DNA of 64,000 nucleotides, from the NCBI GenBank assembly GCA_951406725.2, contig OX597824.1, forward strand, positions 46,128,001-46,192,000, read 5' to 3'. Positions 37,993-51,640 of the stretch are shown piece after piece. The notes under the pieces were generated by a model. It searched no databases and had not been told where the DNA came from. It was given only the letters and a program-made list of their open reading frames with translations. Each line of letters begins with the position of its first letter. Position 1 is the first letter of the stretch. Made by a program: the position numbers and the translations under genes. Origin of the DNA: Octopus vulgaris. Taxonomy: Eukaryota.

Positions 37993-39120
37993 CACAGCAA
38001 GGCATTCTTTTAATACATTCTTTGACTGAAACAGAAACATAACTGAGGTTTCAGCAGTTGCTAAATATTCACTTGGAATTGTTAGTGCTTGGGTGAAGGT
38101 GGAGTGGGGAAACATGAGCAAGAAAGTTAATATCAGATATATTTGTGGGGACTTAGTTAATATAGGGGTTGAATGGTGAGATATAACAAACAGGGGATAG
38201 GAGAAAGAGATTTTAAGTTAGTCAGGAGGGCAGAGGCACCAACCATGTCCTTTGCAGGCCCTCCTAAACTGATAACATTGATGCAGCTGATACCCAGTCA
38301 AACAACTAGATTAATGTACACAGAAAACTGGTCCAAATACTTGCAACACATTGAACTCTGCTAAAAATACCCAAAGAAAAGGCGGTTGTATTAAATGGAA
38401 AACAGGTTCATGGTGTGTTATTGTGGGACCAACTATAGAACGGTTATCAAGCTGAGAAGAACATTTGCATTGAGATACAAGGATGTGTAACAATGATGAA
38501 GTTCATCAACATTTAAAAAGAATATTTTAGAACTTTGGCTTTATCTTCAGTTCTTAGCAGGTTGAAGGCCAAGTTTTTCACAGAAATCCATCTTGTTTTT
38601 CTGAATGTAGTAGGCAGAAGTGTTATAGAGCTGGTGAGATCACAGGAGCAGGAATTTCATTGATAGAGGTGAAAGAGACAGAGAAAGGACATAGTTAAAT
38701 AATGGAGCAAGATGTGTGACTAGTTTTATCTACATGATTTTGATATATGTATATATATCAACACAAAAAAAAATCTGATATGTATAAGCCTATAAGGAAA
38801 TACTTGATTCTGTCTCTTTTTTCCTTCTGCTACCTAGCTGCCCTGCTCACTTTATCTAAGTATATGTGTTTGTGTACGTGTGTGTGTGGGGGGGGAGCAA
38901 TAGGACAATAGCTGTCTGGGTCAGAGAAAGTGCTCTTCTTGAGAATGTGTACATGTTGAATTTTCCCAATGGTCAGGATATGTCCCTGTAAAGAGAAAGA
39001 ACTATCTCTGGGATGCAATATTAGATGGTAAGGGAAGAAATATTTTAAATTCAGTAGCCTAGGAAGCAGACTGCCTTAACTGAATTGCCATTACCCATTG
39101 AGGCATAAGATGCATTTTAA

Positions 39121-40174
39121 CCCTTTCGATACCAAACCGCCCGAAAAAATGTTTGGTTAATGTCACCAAACCGCCCAAAGCCGCTCGAATTTACCTATTC
39201 ATATTTAAATGAGAATATCAGAGCAAATCTCTTTAGTACATTCGTGAAAACACGTATTATACTTCGTAAACAGTTCAACTACAGTTTTGTACAAAAATTG
39301 AAGTGTAATTTTAATTCCGTGAATTTTGGGAGATTTTTTTCCAAAATTTGTTCCTATTGTGTTTTCAAAATTTGTAATTCTGACAAAAAATGGATACGAA
39401 TTTCATTATATCAAGCAGCGAGTCAGAATTCGAACGATTTTCTACTGAAGACCTTCATAAATCTAACTCTATGACTGAAAAAAAAAAAGCACGTGGTATT
39501 TGATAATGAATCTGATGTTTCATTTTCCGAAAGTGAAAACAGTGAATCCGAGAGCTCCGACAGCGATAAAGAAAATGAATTGGCACCAGAGTGGAGTGAA
39601 AATTTAAAAACTGTTTCTTTCGGTGATTTTTCTGAAGAAACTGGACCAAGCCACAGACTTTCCCAGAAGAGTAAAGCCTTAGACTATTTCTTTTTACTTT
39701 TTCGAATGAGCCTATTTGAAATCATTACGGCGGAAACAAACCGTTACGCTAAATGTAAACAAAACGATTCCCATAACCTTAAATGAAATTAAGACTATTT
39801 TGCCATAAATATTATTATGGGTATCAGAAAGTTACCCAGAATAAATTCTATCGTAAAATTTTGTTGTATACCCAATTGAATATTAGCTAATAACCCATTT
39901 TCTATAGCGATGTTTGAACAAAATTTTAATAATTTTATATTTTGTTGAATTTACCTGTATTTACCTGCAATTAGAGTCACTTTGTGACAAAAATTATAGT
40001 ATAGAATTGGTTGAGAACATTTCATTAAATTCTCTTCCAAAATTCACGTTAATATATTGATAAATAAAAAAGTTATAGTTGTTTAATGAAACCAGACTAA
40101 ATTTATGATTACGTTAGAAATTAATTGAAACACATAAGGGGTGTATTTTGGTCAGAAATATAGTAACGAAAGGG
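39121..40174 (+). mobile_element. Internally deleted piggyBac element
   Basis: TTAA TSDs at 39117-39120 and 40175-40178; TIRs CCCTTTCGATAC / GTAACGAAAGGG. ORF 39493-39786 has an acidic N-terminus and ALDYFFLLF..SLFEIITAETNRYA. Confidence 0.9.
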
Positions 40175-40420
40175 TTAAAGCACATCAGATATGTTACACA
40201 AATATGACTGAAGCTGAGAGCTTCAGCTATACTGAAATTAAAATTCTATTAAAATACTCTGCTCTTTTAACCAGTAGCAACACTTACAATAATAAGAAAG
40301 ATCACTTTATTATTGTTACAAGAGTGAGGGATGAGAGTATGATAAAAACAATAATGCAAAGGAAAAATATATACAAAACAAGAAAAAATTGAAACAGAGA
40401 ATCAATAAAAAATAACTTAC

Positions 40421-40621
40421 ACAGGTATTTTCCCTTTGAGTGTGTTTGTCCATTTAAAGTAGATAGCTTTTTGTAGCTTATTTTCAGATTGGCCTTCATA
40501 GTTCTGATAAAGACCTTGCAAGAAGGCAAAATATTCAGTGTATGCTTTGATAATTATTGTCTTATCATGGCCAGGGTCAGTGAGAAGATCCAGTAAATTA
40601 TTCCTGGTCATTCGTAAATCA
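40421..40621 (-). CDS. BROX: BROX coding exon 2
   Basis: TTTCAG| (S)DLRMTRNNLLDLLTDPGHD...YFAFLQGL...ENKLQKAIYFKWTNTLKGKIP |GTAAGT; 201 nt; phase fits neighbouring exons. Confidence 0.95.
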
Positions 40622-42489
40622 CTGAAATATAACATGATAGAATTAGCTGAAAGAAATGCCAAGTGAGTAAAATTTGAAAAGTAATGGTTACTACAAGACA
40701 TACTTGATTGGCATCAACACCCCCAACCCCATTCATATTAAACATATAACAGGGTCTTTGATATTACAACTTCATTCTTGTAGAACTAACTGTATTTTAG
40801 TTTGTTTTCCTTCCAATCACAAATTTCCCTCTTGCTTCTGATTTAGATAAAAGGTCAGTAATAATAAAAGAAGAGGTTAATTGACACCATCAACTCCAGA
40901 ATTTGACTAGTACTTTATTTTATCGACCCAGAAAAATATAAGGCAAAGTTGATCACAGTGGGATTTGAACCCAGAATGCAAAAAGCTCGAATAGATGCCA
41001 CAAAGCATTTTTTCTGATGCTCAAATAATTGTTAGCTCACTGTCTTCCTTTACAAACACCAGTAAAAAATTCAAAGGTGACAAATTACAAAAACTAAACT
41101 GTTGCTCCAACAATGTATAAAACTTTAAAACTCTGTAATAAACATTTTGCTGAGCTTTTATCTTTTCAGAAGCATTTTTCTGGAAGTCCTTCCTTGTACA
41201 TCTATTCCTTTATGAACAAGAATTCAAATTGAATGTTAAGTGAATCAACTCTTTGTTCTTATAGTTAGAATACACTGCTTTTGTTTCAAATAATGAAGAA
41301 TTTTTTGAAATAACTTTACTGTTGTTATTATCTTGGTGTTTGGAACATAAATTAACAATTAAATTTTGATGGAAGGTTTTGACTTAGATCATTTTAAATC
41401 AAGAAATTTGCATCATAGAACTAAGGAGAGTTGGTATTAAAAAGATTGTCACTTCTCCTGACAGTGATAAATGTTGTAATATAGGAGGAGATTCTAGGCA
41501 ACCCAACTTAGCCCTTAGATACTGTTAGCAATGTATGCTCCATTGCAAACATTTAGCCAGGGCTTCAACCATAAAGAAATTGTTCACCATATGATACTCT
41601 TTTAATAAAAGGGATCATCAACACTGCTCTTCATCCTCTGATGAAGGCAATTCAAGTTCGATTCTAGTTCAAAGATATTTCACTTACTCTGCAGATACTT
41701 TTGGAAAAACTATGAATGGGACGACTTGCATTTCCACTCCCCTAAAGTCAATGACATAGACCATCTTTCAGCTGATGTATTTGACAACAGAATGCCAAAC
41801 AACTGATTTTATTTATACCAATACAGTATTGATAGAATATATGTCTTTTTAAAATTTATAATCAAATATAACCCTGGAAAAACTATGCACTCTTTCTCTA
41901 CTCAACAAAACCATTTATTGTTGTCATTGTTATTATTATTATTATCATTCAGGTGGTAAGCTGGTAGAATCGTTAGCACACCAAACAAAATAGCATTTCA
42001 TCAGTCTCCACATTCTGAGTTCAAATTCTACTGAGGTTAACTTTGCCTTTCATCCTTTCAGGGTCAATAAATTAAGTACCAGCTGAGTACTGGGGTCGAG
42101 GTAATTTACTATCCTCCTCCCCACAAATTCCAGGCCCAGTGCCTTTAGTAGAAAAGATTATTATTATTATGGTAAGTAAAAAAAGACCATTTTAGAATCA
42201 ACTGTAATTACCCTCACATGATAAGTTGTGATTTATTTTTATTTACTTAGCTGTCATTAGGTCATTAGTCTAAAAACTTGGTAGCTAAGCACATTTCACT
42301 AATTAGTACCATGGAAACAGCCTCATTATCACTCTCTGCTATAGACTACACTTTAATAGAAGGACGCATATATGATAAAACTATCTCAGACCATAAACAC
42401 TGCCTGGTAAACAGCAAGAACTTGTTTTGGTAATTAACACCTCTACATCATTAAGAGGTGTAGCTTCACAGTTGTAGTAAAGGTAACTG

Positions 42490-42945
42490 ATCTAGATAGT
42501 TGGGAACAGAAAAGTTTTAGCTGAGAAGCAGTTTGGATTTGTACGAGGATAAAGCTCTATTGATGCCGTCTTAAGGAGACAACTATAAGCAAGCTCTAAG
42601 CTAAAAACAAGCCACTTGACCTCACATTTAGTGATCTGGAGATATTCTTTGTCCAAAGCACAATGCACTGTAGTCTGATGGTCATTAAAAACACAGAGTG
42701 TAAGGTATGTACAGGGGAATATCTGCAAGGTGAATATTTTCAATAACTTTAGCAAACAATTTGGCATATACATAGGTGTCCATCTGGGCTGGGTTCTCAG
42801 TTTCTTCTTTCTTATTGTAATTCTCCAAACCATATTAAAAGAAACCTTAATGGAAGTGTCATCCATAGCAGAGAGTGGTAATCAGGCTGTCTCCATGGTA
42901 CTAATTAGTGGAATGTGCTTAGCTATCAAGTTTCAAGACTAATGA
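42490..42945 (-). mobile_element. Degraded LINE reverse transcriptase fragment
   Basis: Frameshifted RT-like peptide in ORF 42492-42866 (LRTQPRWTP..PNCLLKLLKI...KTASIELYPRTNPNC). Confidence 0.45.
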
Positions 42946-43009
42946 GAGATAAGCAAATAAAAAAAAATCACAACTCATTATATGAGGGCGATTACAGTTG
43001 ATTCCAAAA

Positions 43010-43485
43010 TGATTTGGCAAAGCAAAAAGTGTTTGAACAATTAGCTGGTAGGTGGGATCAAAAACTACAGCATGGCAAATATGTGACCTGTAGCAAACAA
43101 GCTGATGTAGACCAGAAGCACACCCATCAGTGGCTATGGAGCTCAGCGCTAAAAGCAGAGAGCGAAGGCTTTATTTTTACCTACTCAAGATCAGAGCTTA
43201 TTGACCTGGAACTACTAAGCCAATGTGATAAAAAATGGAGTAAACCCAAAGTGCTGATACTGCAATGATGAGATTGAAACAGTGGACCACCTAATCTCTG
43301 GGTGTAAGGTTTTAGCACCAGTAGAGTATAAATTAAGACATGACAGAGTTGTCCAATATCTACACTCGTTAATGTCAGCATTATGAAATCAAAACTGCTG
43401 ACAAATGGTAGAAGCACCACCCTGGGACTGTAACTGAGGGAGAAAGGGTAACAATTCTTTGGGACTTTCCAGCACATACAGACCA
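43010..43485 (+). mobile_element. R4/Dong-like LINE C-terminal fragment
   Basis: HGKY...DVDQKHTHQWL..SALKAESEGFIF; frameshifted ETVDHLISGC..LAPVEYKLRHDRV; VTILWDF. Confidence 0.7.
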
Positions 43486-43669
43486 GACTTTCTCCTTTTT
43501 TTCTATCACAAGACTTTGTAAATGAATCATCTGGTGTCTTTATTTTAATGGCCTACCAATGTATACAGTGAGTTTCTTTGCCCTAGGTGTTGGGAAGACA
43601 TTTGGCAAGAAATGGAAGCAAAATTGAAAGAAGAGGATAATAATAATGGTTTCAAATTAAAAGAAGTTC

Positions 43670-45250
43670 AAGGTTGGTGGTCTGACCACCTAGTTCCAAT
43701 AGCTGAATCTGTCAAAGTACTAGAGAAAGAGTTCCATATGTGGAGGCAAAACCTAGAATCAAAGAGTCTGAAAGTAAACTCAGCAAAGACAAAAGTCTTA
43801 CCCAGGAAGAAAAAATATAAAGTCCTACTGTCGTTTGGGAAGTGGCCATGTTTGACATGTAGAAAATAAAAAGGCAAAATTCCTTTGTGTGTGTAAACTA
43901 AATTATGACTGCACATATGATGCAGTAGGATTACAAGCAGGATGACAAAAAACAAGGATTTTATATGTGATGAAGTTGTTAGCAGTAAGAACAAAGTTAC
44001 AGAAGCTTCATTGTATTACCAGGGTCATGTAGTAACAGTGGAGATTGGAAGTGTGTAAGGATGAGGTAGAAAAATGCTCAAGAAGCAATTACATTTGTGA
44101 CAACAAAACAAGATTCTCTCTCTGAATGAAAAGCAGACTATTATGCTTGCACACAAAATGTAATGTGATATGGTAGTGAAACACAAACATAGGTACATGT
44201 GTGATAAGAAACTTGTTCACAACCTCATGGTTTTGGATTCAGTCTTGCTGTGTGATACCTTAGGCAAGTGTTTTCTACTATTGCCTTGGGTTAACTAAAG
44301 CTTTGTGAGTAGATTTGGTAGGCAGAAACTGAAAGAAGCCTGTCATGTGTGTGTGTGTAACCACTACTTGACAACTGGTACATTTACATCACTATATCTT
44401 AGCAGTTCGGCATAAGAGACCAATAGAATAAGTACCAGGCTTAAAGAATTAAGTACTAGGGTCAGTTCATTTGACTAAAAAATTCTCCAAAAAATTCCCC
44501 AGCATGGCCACAGTCTAATGACTGAAACAAGTAAAAGACTGAATGAGAGGAGGGGGTGAAGGCTAGATAGAAATGTGGGTGAGTATGCTTTGTTGGATAT
44601 GTAATACACTGTGCATGAATGGATAAGTATGGCTGTATGGTTAAGAAGTTCACTTCCAACAACATAGCTTTGGGTTCAGCTCGACAGCATGGCAGCTTGG
44701 GCAATTGTCTTCTGCTATAGCCCAGGCTGATCAAAACCTTGTGAGTTGATTTGATAGATGGAAACTGAATGAAACCTTGCATGTCTATGCATGTATGCTT
44801 GTGCCTCCTATTGATGTATAATAGTTGTAAATGAGCATCACCATCATAGAAATAGTATTGCTTGTTTCCAAATCTTCTGTGAAAGCACATCTGGCCATGG
44901 GAGAAATACTACCTTGCTTGGAAACAGTGAGGGTTGGCAACAGAAATGGCATTCAGCTGCAGAAAATTGGCCTCAACAAATACCAACAGACCAATGCATG
45001 CATGGAAAGTGGATAGTAAAACAATGATGATAATAAATGACAGAGTTCAGGTGAACTGAGGATAAAAATTGGTATCAGAGGTATTGGTGTGCACAAGAGT
45101 GTGTGTGTGCAAGAGAAGACTGCACTGATATAGAGGGAGGCCAAAGAAGACATGGGACAAAGTAGTGAAGGATGATCTCAAGGCGTTGAACCTCATGGAA
45201 AGGATGACAAAGAACTGAGATGACTGGCAATTTGCAGTGCTCAAGAAGAC
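43670..45250 (+). mobile_element. Degraded RTE LINE pieces interrupted by SINEs
   Basis: WRQNLESKSLKVNSAKTKVL...GKWPCLTCRK at about 43700-43870; 3' piece at about 45070-45250. Confidence 0.65.
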
Positions 45251-47199
45251 TCATTCAACTTCATGAAAGTGAGGTCCTAAAAGTCTATATCTATACACAC
45301 ACTAAATCTTGCTCCCAATCTGTCCCAGTCAAATTTTTTCCACCTTTCATCTCAACACCCATCCCTCTAGTTTTCTAATTAGAACACTCACTATTCAGCT
45401 GTCGTAATCATACGAGACCAAAGGTAAAGGGTAAAGACCCCATTCAGTCATGAAAGACCATGAGATTCTACCTAGAAAGTTACCCTCCAAAGCACAAGTC
45501 TGGGTAAGGTTGCTTATAGAAGACCAGCAATTGCCCATGCATACCAGCCTCCCATCTTCATGCTACTCATGTTAACCAAAGGAAAGGCAAAGGCTGATAT
45601 ATCTTGGCACCAGTGACGTCACAACTCATTTCTACAGCTGAGTGAACTGGAGCAACATGAAATAAAGCGTCTTTCTCAAGAACATAACACACAGCCCAAT
45701 CTAGGAATCGAACTCACTACCTAATGACTGTGAACCAAACGCTCTAATGACTGAGCCATGTGCTTTCACATGCTATGATCATGAGAGCAGAATATGCATA
45801 TACTTTGTCCTTTTTACTCCCACACCCGCTGAAACCACTTCATTTTAAAATCCATGCCTCATTCACAGTATCACCCCTTCCTATTAATTTTTACTAATCA
45901 CCCTTTCCTCTATCTCCAACTTTCTCTGTCTCTCCTGTGAACTACATCTATCTTAGGCCTGCCATACCTTATCTTTAGCACTCCACTCTTATCTGCTATC
46001 ATTCTCATCATCTTTTCAGATGTTGTCAACTTCTGTCCCCCCCAATCACTAAAGCTTCCTTTCCCCCTACATACCTCTGACATTCATCTCATAGAGAAGA
46101 CCAAAGCCAAACTGAAGAAGATGCCATTCTGTAAACTATCTCTGAGACGAGAATGGGTTCTCTACCAAGAACAGACTGAAATAATAGACTGAATAGATGC
46201 AAGATGAGAAAAAGTTGAATTTATTTTTAATAACGCTGGATGTAAGTTACATGCAAAGAAAGTGTCAGAATATGGAAACATTAGCTGTTAGTTAATCTTT
46301 CAAATTTTCAAGTGAGTGGTGTCTGAGATTCTACAAAAAAACCTTCTCTATATCAGAAAGCCCAAAAAAAGAAACTCTCAGAAGTTTTCCTCTGATTGTG
46401 CATTTTCATAGTTTTGTGATAAAAACTAAAAGATAGTATGATTTTGAAGCAAGTTAGATAGGAAACATAAAACTCATTTTTTGACATGACATACTAGATA
46501 TAATAATAAGTAAAATTGTCTATTTTAGAACAACAGGACATTAAAAAAAAACAGTTTACTGGATTTTAAAATGATTACTTATGAACAATAATCTTTCTCT
46601 TAACCTGTGCTACAACTTTTCCTCAAAAGCTTTTAAGCAAAAGTTAGTAATAGCAGGAACCATGCTGGTTTTAGTATTTGCTTTATGTTTTGTGTTTTAA
46701 AATTTACTGAGTTTTACACTTGTTTGTAAAAATTTATCAATAAGTATCAGTTTACTCAGAGGCCACATTATATAACAGGATAAGGTATATTTTTGATTCT
46801 TAGGTACAAAAATGTAGTGTTACATTATATTCAAAATCACATTGCACTGAAGTAAATACCATATGTATTATATAATTTGTGTGTGTGTCCATTCATTCAT
46901 ATATTCATTTGTTTGTATGTATACTTTCCCATGCTAGCCTGACTTAGATGAACATGTAACTGAGGCATTGTTTTAGAGATGGATGCTCTTCCTTGCAACA
47001 ACTTACAATAGTGCTGCTACACTAGCCATTGGGCATAGCACCTTCTTGTACAACCTAATTATGTATATGGTCAGCTTGGCCATGTCTTATTCTGACAGAT
47101 ATTTTAAGCATCTCAGCAGATTCCTGATAGGCCAGGGGGCTTTCCCTACCTTCATATCCTAAATAGTTTTATCATACTGCTGTTGACTAGGATAGCTGA

Positions 47200-48060
47200 T
47201 ACCTCTGTTGGGTCCTTGTTAGGGAGACTCTTTTTCCCATGCATTCTCCACATACAGTATCCTTTCATAGTAGTGCTTCAATGACTCGTTCTTTTCATAA
47301 TCACTAAATATATGTAGACCATTGTACATCAATACACATTTCTTACCCACAACATCTTGTTTCTTTCTGATACACGGCCTTGCAATCCAGAACACCTCAT
47401 ACCACTGAGACTCACACTGTAGAACTGCTAACTCTAACTTCTCAAACTTGCTGTAACTTTGCACCAGCTTTAGATTTGGTTTGTTGCTATCACTAAGTGT
47501 TTCCAAAGGAACATTTCTTATATGTTATACATCTCTATCACCTCATCCTTTTCTTCAAATGTTTCAACGATACTTCTCTAAATTTCTGACCATCCAATTC
47601 GATTTTTAAGCTTCTATAACTTCTCCAGATTGGATTATGCCTTTGAGCTCTAACTCTGAAGTCATTGGTAACTAGCCTATGTTGGGTTTTACATTCTTCA
47701 CCCGAGAATAACTTTGTATTTACAAGCATTTATCTATCCCATTTTCCGGTCAGAATGTAGTTAATTTGATAAGTGACCAGGTGACTAGCTAGTTTTTTTA
47801 AATTACTGTTGGACATCATGAGGTCATTTACATTGCATAATTCCAAGAACTTTGTTCCCCATTCATCTTTAGGACCAAAGCTATAGCCTCCATGTACATC
47901 AGAGAAACCATCAAGTTTTTGCCCAACATGTCCATTAAAGGCCTCAGCCATGAAGAAAGTTCTGTAAAAGGGCTTTTATAAAATCAGTCCTTTTATTCAT
48001 CTACCAGTCCCAAATGAGAAGCATATGCATAGAGATAAATGTTGCTGTCATATTTTCCAA
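47200..48060 (-). mobile_element. Degraded RTE LINE endonuclease fragment
   Basis: FNGHVG...VHGGYSFG...GTKFLELC..NDLMMSN...QHRLV. Confidence 0.7.
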
Positions 48061-49909
48061 GTCTAGTCAATGCTTAAATTATCCTGTCTCATACTCTAAT
48101 TACCTTGATCACCTTACACACACACACACACACACTTTCAGTGCTGATGATAGCCAAGTGTTAGAAATGCATTCACCATTTATGGGAGGGTGCTATGAAA
48201 TGACCGTTGGTTTTTTTTATAACACCTTTTGCCTGAAGCAAAATTTTTTCTTGATGGCAAACAGCAGTGGATACCTTTTTTTTTTACAGATCAAATATGT
48301 CCCAAATGTATTTCATCTAATCTAAATGTTTGTTTACTCAAAACACTGCTTTCACATGCCTACTACAATAGTTTGTTCTAGCCTAGATCAGCATTACATG
48401 TAATCAGTTTAGGTTTGATACTGATTTTCTACAAGGAAGCAAAGATTTACAGAATCATTTCTAAGTTTTCTTTCTTGCAGTACATAGTGCTGATGATAGT
48501 GAAGGAACAAGAAATGCATTCACCATTCTGCAAGAGATTGTTGTGAAATAACTGTTCGTCTTTTTAACACCTATTCTCAAAACCAAGAATTTTTCTCAAC
48601 AGCAAACAGCAGAAAATACAACCTTTATACAGGTTAAATATGTCACAAATATATTTGAACCTCTCTCCCTCTCCATATATATATATATCATCATCATCAT
48701 CCTCGTTAAGATCCTAGGATCAAGGTGTAGGAAGTTAGTAAACTTCGAGTAGCCTGTAGAAGGTATAAAAGACAAATTTCAGGAACAAGTGTGGTTTGTT
48801 GACACAGAAAGTTGTACATTTTACCCAAATCGATGTTTGATAAGCTGAAAAAAATTATTTTATAATTTTCGGTTAGCAGCAGGGTTGCTGTGTATATAGT
48901 ATATAATACAGTAACAACAAATACAGAGATTAGTACATCTGATAATTTTTTCGTATTTCTACAGTCAATTACAATGTATTCGATTTAAATTTGTCTGAAG
49001 TACATTTTGCAATTGCATCCATTGACTTTCAACTAGTGGATAAGGGTTCATAAACTAATCACCAGTTGAAGTAACTAGGTGCAAATTCCCATAGCTAGAT
49101 GTCTATGCAGCAGAAACATGCGTCAGACAAATTTAAATCAAGTATACTGTAACTGACTGTAAATAATAATAAAAAAGTTATCAGATGTATTAATCTCCAT
49201 ATTCATTGTTACTATATTGGATATACATTCAGTTAAATATACATAACTCAGAGAAGTGAACCCAGGATTTACTCATCACATAAAATACAGTAGAATTGCT
49301 TATCTCAAATAATTCTGGGTGTTCATTACAACTTGATGCGGTTAGCCTTAACACTGGATTATAACTAAGTACTTGAATGGTACCCACCTGGATACTGTAT
49401 TCCTGTCTATTGACTATTATATCATCATCATCGTTTAACGTCCGCTTTCCATGCTAGCATGGGTTGGACGGTTCAACTGGGGTCTGGCAAGCCCGAAGGC
49501 TGCACCAGGCCAGTCAGATCTGGCAGTGTTTCTACAGCTGGATGCCCTTCCTAACGCCAACCACTCCGAGAGTGTAGTGGGTGATTTTATGTGCCACCGA
49601 CACAGGTGCCAGACGAGGCTGGCAGACGGCCACGCTATATATATATACACACACACACATATACATGCACATGTGCAAGTGACCAGATTGAACCATTTAC
49701 TTAAGGTGTAGCTGATATATATTAAACATTGTGGCATAAAGGTAAAATGAGCCATGCCTTTTGCTCAGTATCATACTGGTCATTACAGAGTGAGAAGCAT
49801 GCAACTGTATGTGCTGTAGCATTTGCTTCTTGTGAATAACCTAATTTTTAAAGACAAATAGAAATAATGAATATATGAGTACGTGTATGTGTGTGTTATA
49901 ACTCGTTAA

Positions 49910-50129
49910 CCCTTTAATGTTTAAACCAGTAATATCCGACTCAAATATTCCAGCTGCTTTATGTCTAACCTGGTCAGATTTAACGTATCATACTCACGCT
50001 ACAATATCATTTTAAAAATAAACAAACACACCATCGAAACCTCAAAGGCACAAGATAAGGCATGACTAATTAAAAACAACATGAATAAATAAGCATTACT
50101 TTTGATAGAGTAATCTGAATGCTAAAGGT
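49910..50129. mobile_element. piggyBac-like MITE
   Basis: TTAA|CCCTTTA...TAAAGGT|TTAA; related partial copies at about 8300-8500 and 9090-9290. Confidence 0.65.
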
Positions 50130-50270
50130 TTAAAAAATACAAATGTGTTTATCTGCCATGTTGCATGTATATTTAGTGCTTATGTTTGCACACATGTTTA
50201 TGAAGTTACAACCCACACAACCATATTGAATTCCTACAGATGTATATATGTTTTGGAGAGAGAGAGAGAG

Positions 50271-50319
<49 letters not shown>

Positions 50320-50439
50320 CATAGTGCTTGAGTCTTCTGTTCACAATTTATTAATGCATACAGCCAGCCCCAAATAATAATGCATGACAGTATGTATCTA
50401 TGAAAGTCTAGGTGTAGACATATTTATGCTGTAATGATC

Positions 50440-51640
50440 CAACTAATAGATGGCCTTTTAATCAATAAAACACCTTCCCCTCCAATGGATTCCAAGTCTT
50501 TAGAGCTGCAACCATAAATGTGGGCACAAGTGAATGTTTGCTGTGTGCAAGAGGCATGATGGAAAGGCTCCTCAAGCAAACTCCTCGTGGGCAAAAGACA
50601 GAGATACAAATTCTTCTGGGGAAGTAACAGTGATGGCAGGGTTGGAGCAAGCATGCTGTTAACTGAGAAATTGATAGAAAAAGTAACTGAGGTGGTCAGG
50701 GTAAGTGATAGGATAATCAAGATAATATTAGTCATGGGTAACTCAACAGTTATCTCAGCATACATCTCACATGCAGGACTAACAGAAGGACAAAAGAATT
50801 GCTTGTTCAAGACCCTTTTCAAGGCTACCTCAATGACAACTGATGACAACATCATTATTATGGCTGCTGACTTCAATGGTCATGTTAACTAATGCAGCAA
50901 TAGCTTCTATGATGTATATGGAAGCAAAGGATATAAGGAGAGAAACAAGAAGGGTATATGGTTCCTAGAGTTCTGTGATACAACAAATCTAACAATTTGC
51001 ATACTTTAGGAAACCAGCCAACCACTTCATTACCTACAAATTTGCCATACACACAAGTCAGACAAATTACGTTCTCACCAGGAAAAAGCACAGAACATCT
51101 AGTGTAAATGACAAAACTATTTCCAGCACTGCACAACACAGACTAGTGGTTAGTGACTTCAGAGTTAGATCTAAGAAGACAAAGAGACAGCGGATGAAAG
51201 GAAGAAGGAAGATAGGGAAACTAAAGGATCCTACAATTGGAAAGAGATTAGAGAATACTAAATGATGCATATAACTGCAGGGAGGTAGACTTAGATACCC
51301 GCAATGTAAATGAAAACTTGGAATTTTTATGAAGTAAATTGCTCAGGGTCACTAAACAGACATGTGGCTGGAGCAAAGTCCTGACCAAGCCGAAAGTTAC
51401 ATGGTGATGGAACGATACAGTTGATAAGGCATTAAAGGCTAAGAAATAGGCATGAGAAAGCTGGAATGTAGGTAGTAATAGAGAGCATTATGAAGTGGTT
51501 AAAAGAGCAGCTAAGTGATAGATATATTAAGCTGAGGGTAAAGCAGAAAGGAAGAGATTTATGCAGGTCTTGCAGCATGGGGATCAAAGGTGTGAAGTGT
51601 TCAGGATCAAGAGACAGTATGTGAGAAAGGACTGTGATGC
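50440..51640 (+). mobile_element. Degraded RTE LINE endonuclease and linker fragment
   Basis: YKFFWGSNSDGRVGASMLL...VVRVSDRII...ISAY...ADFNGHV...QHRLVVSDF. Confidence 0.8.
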
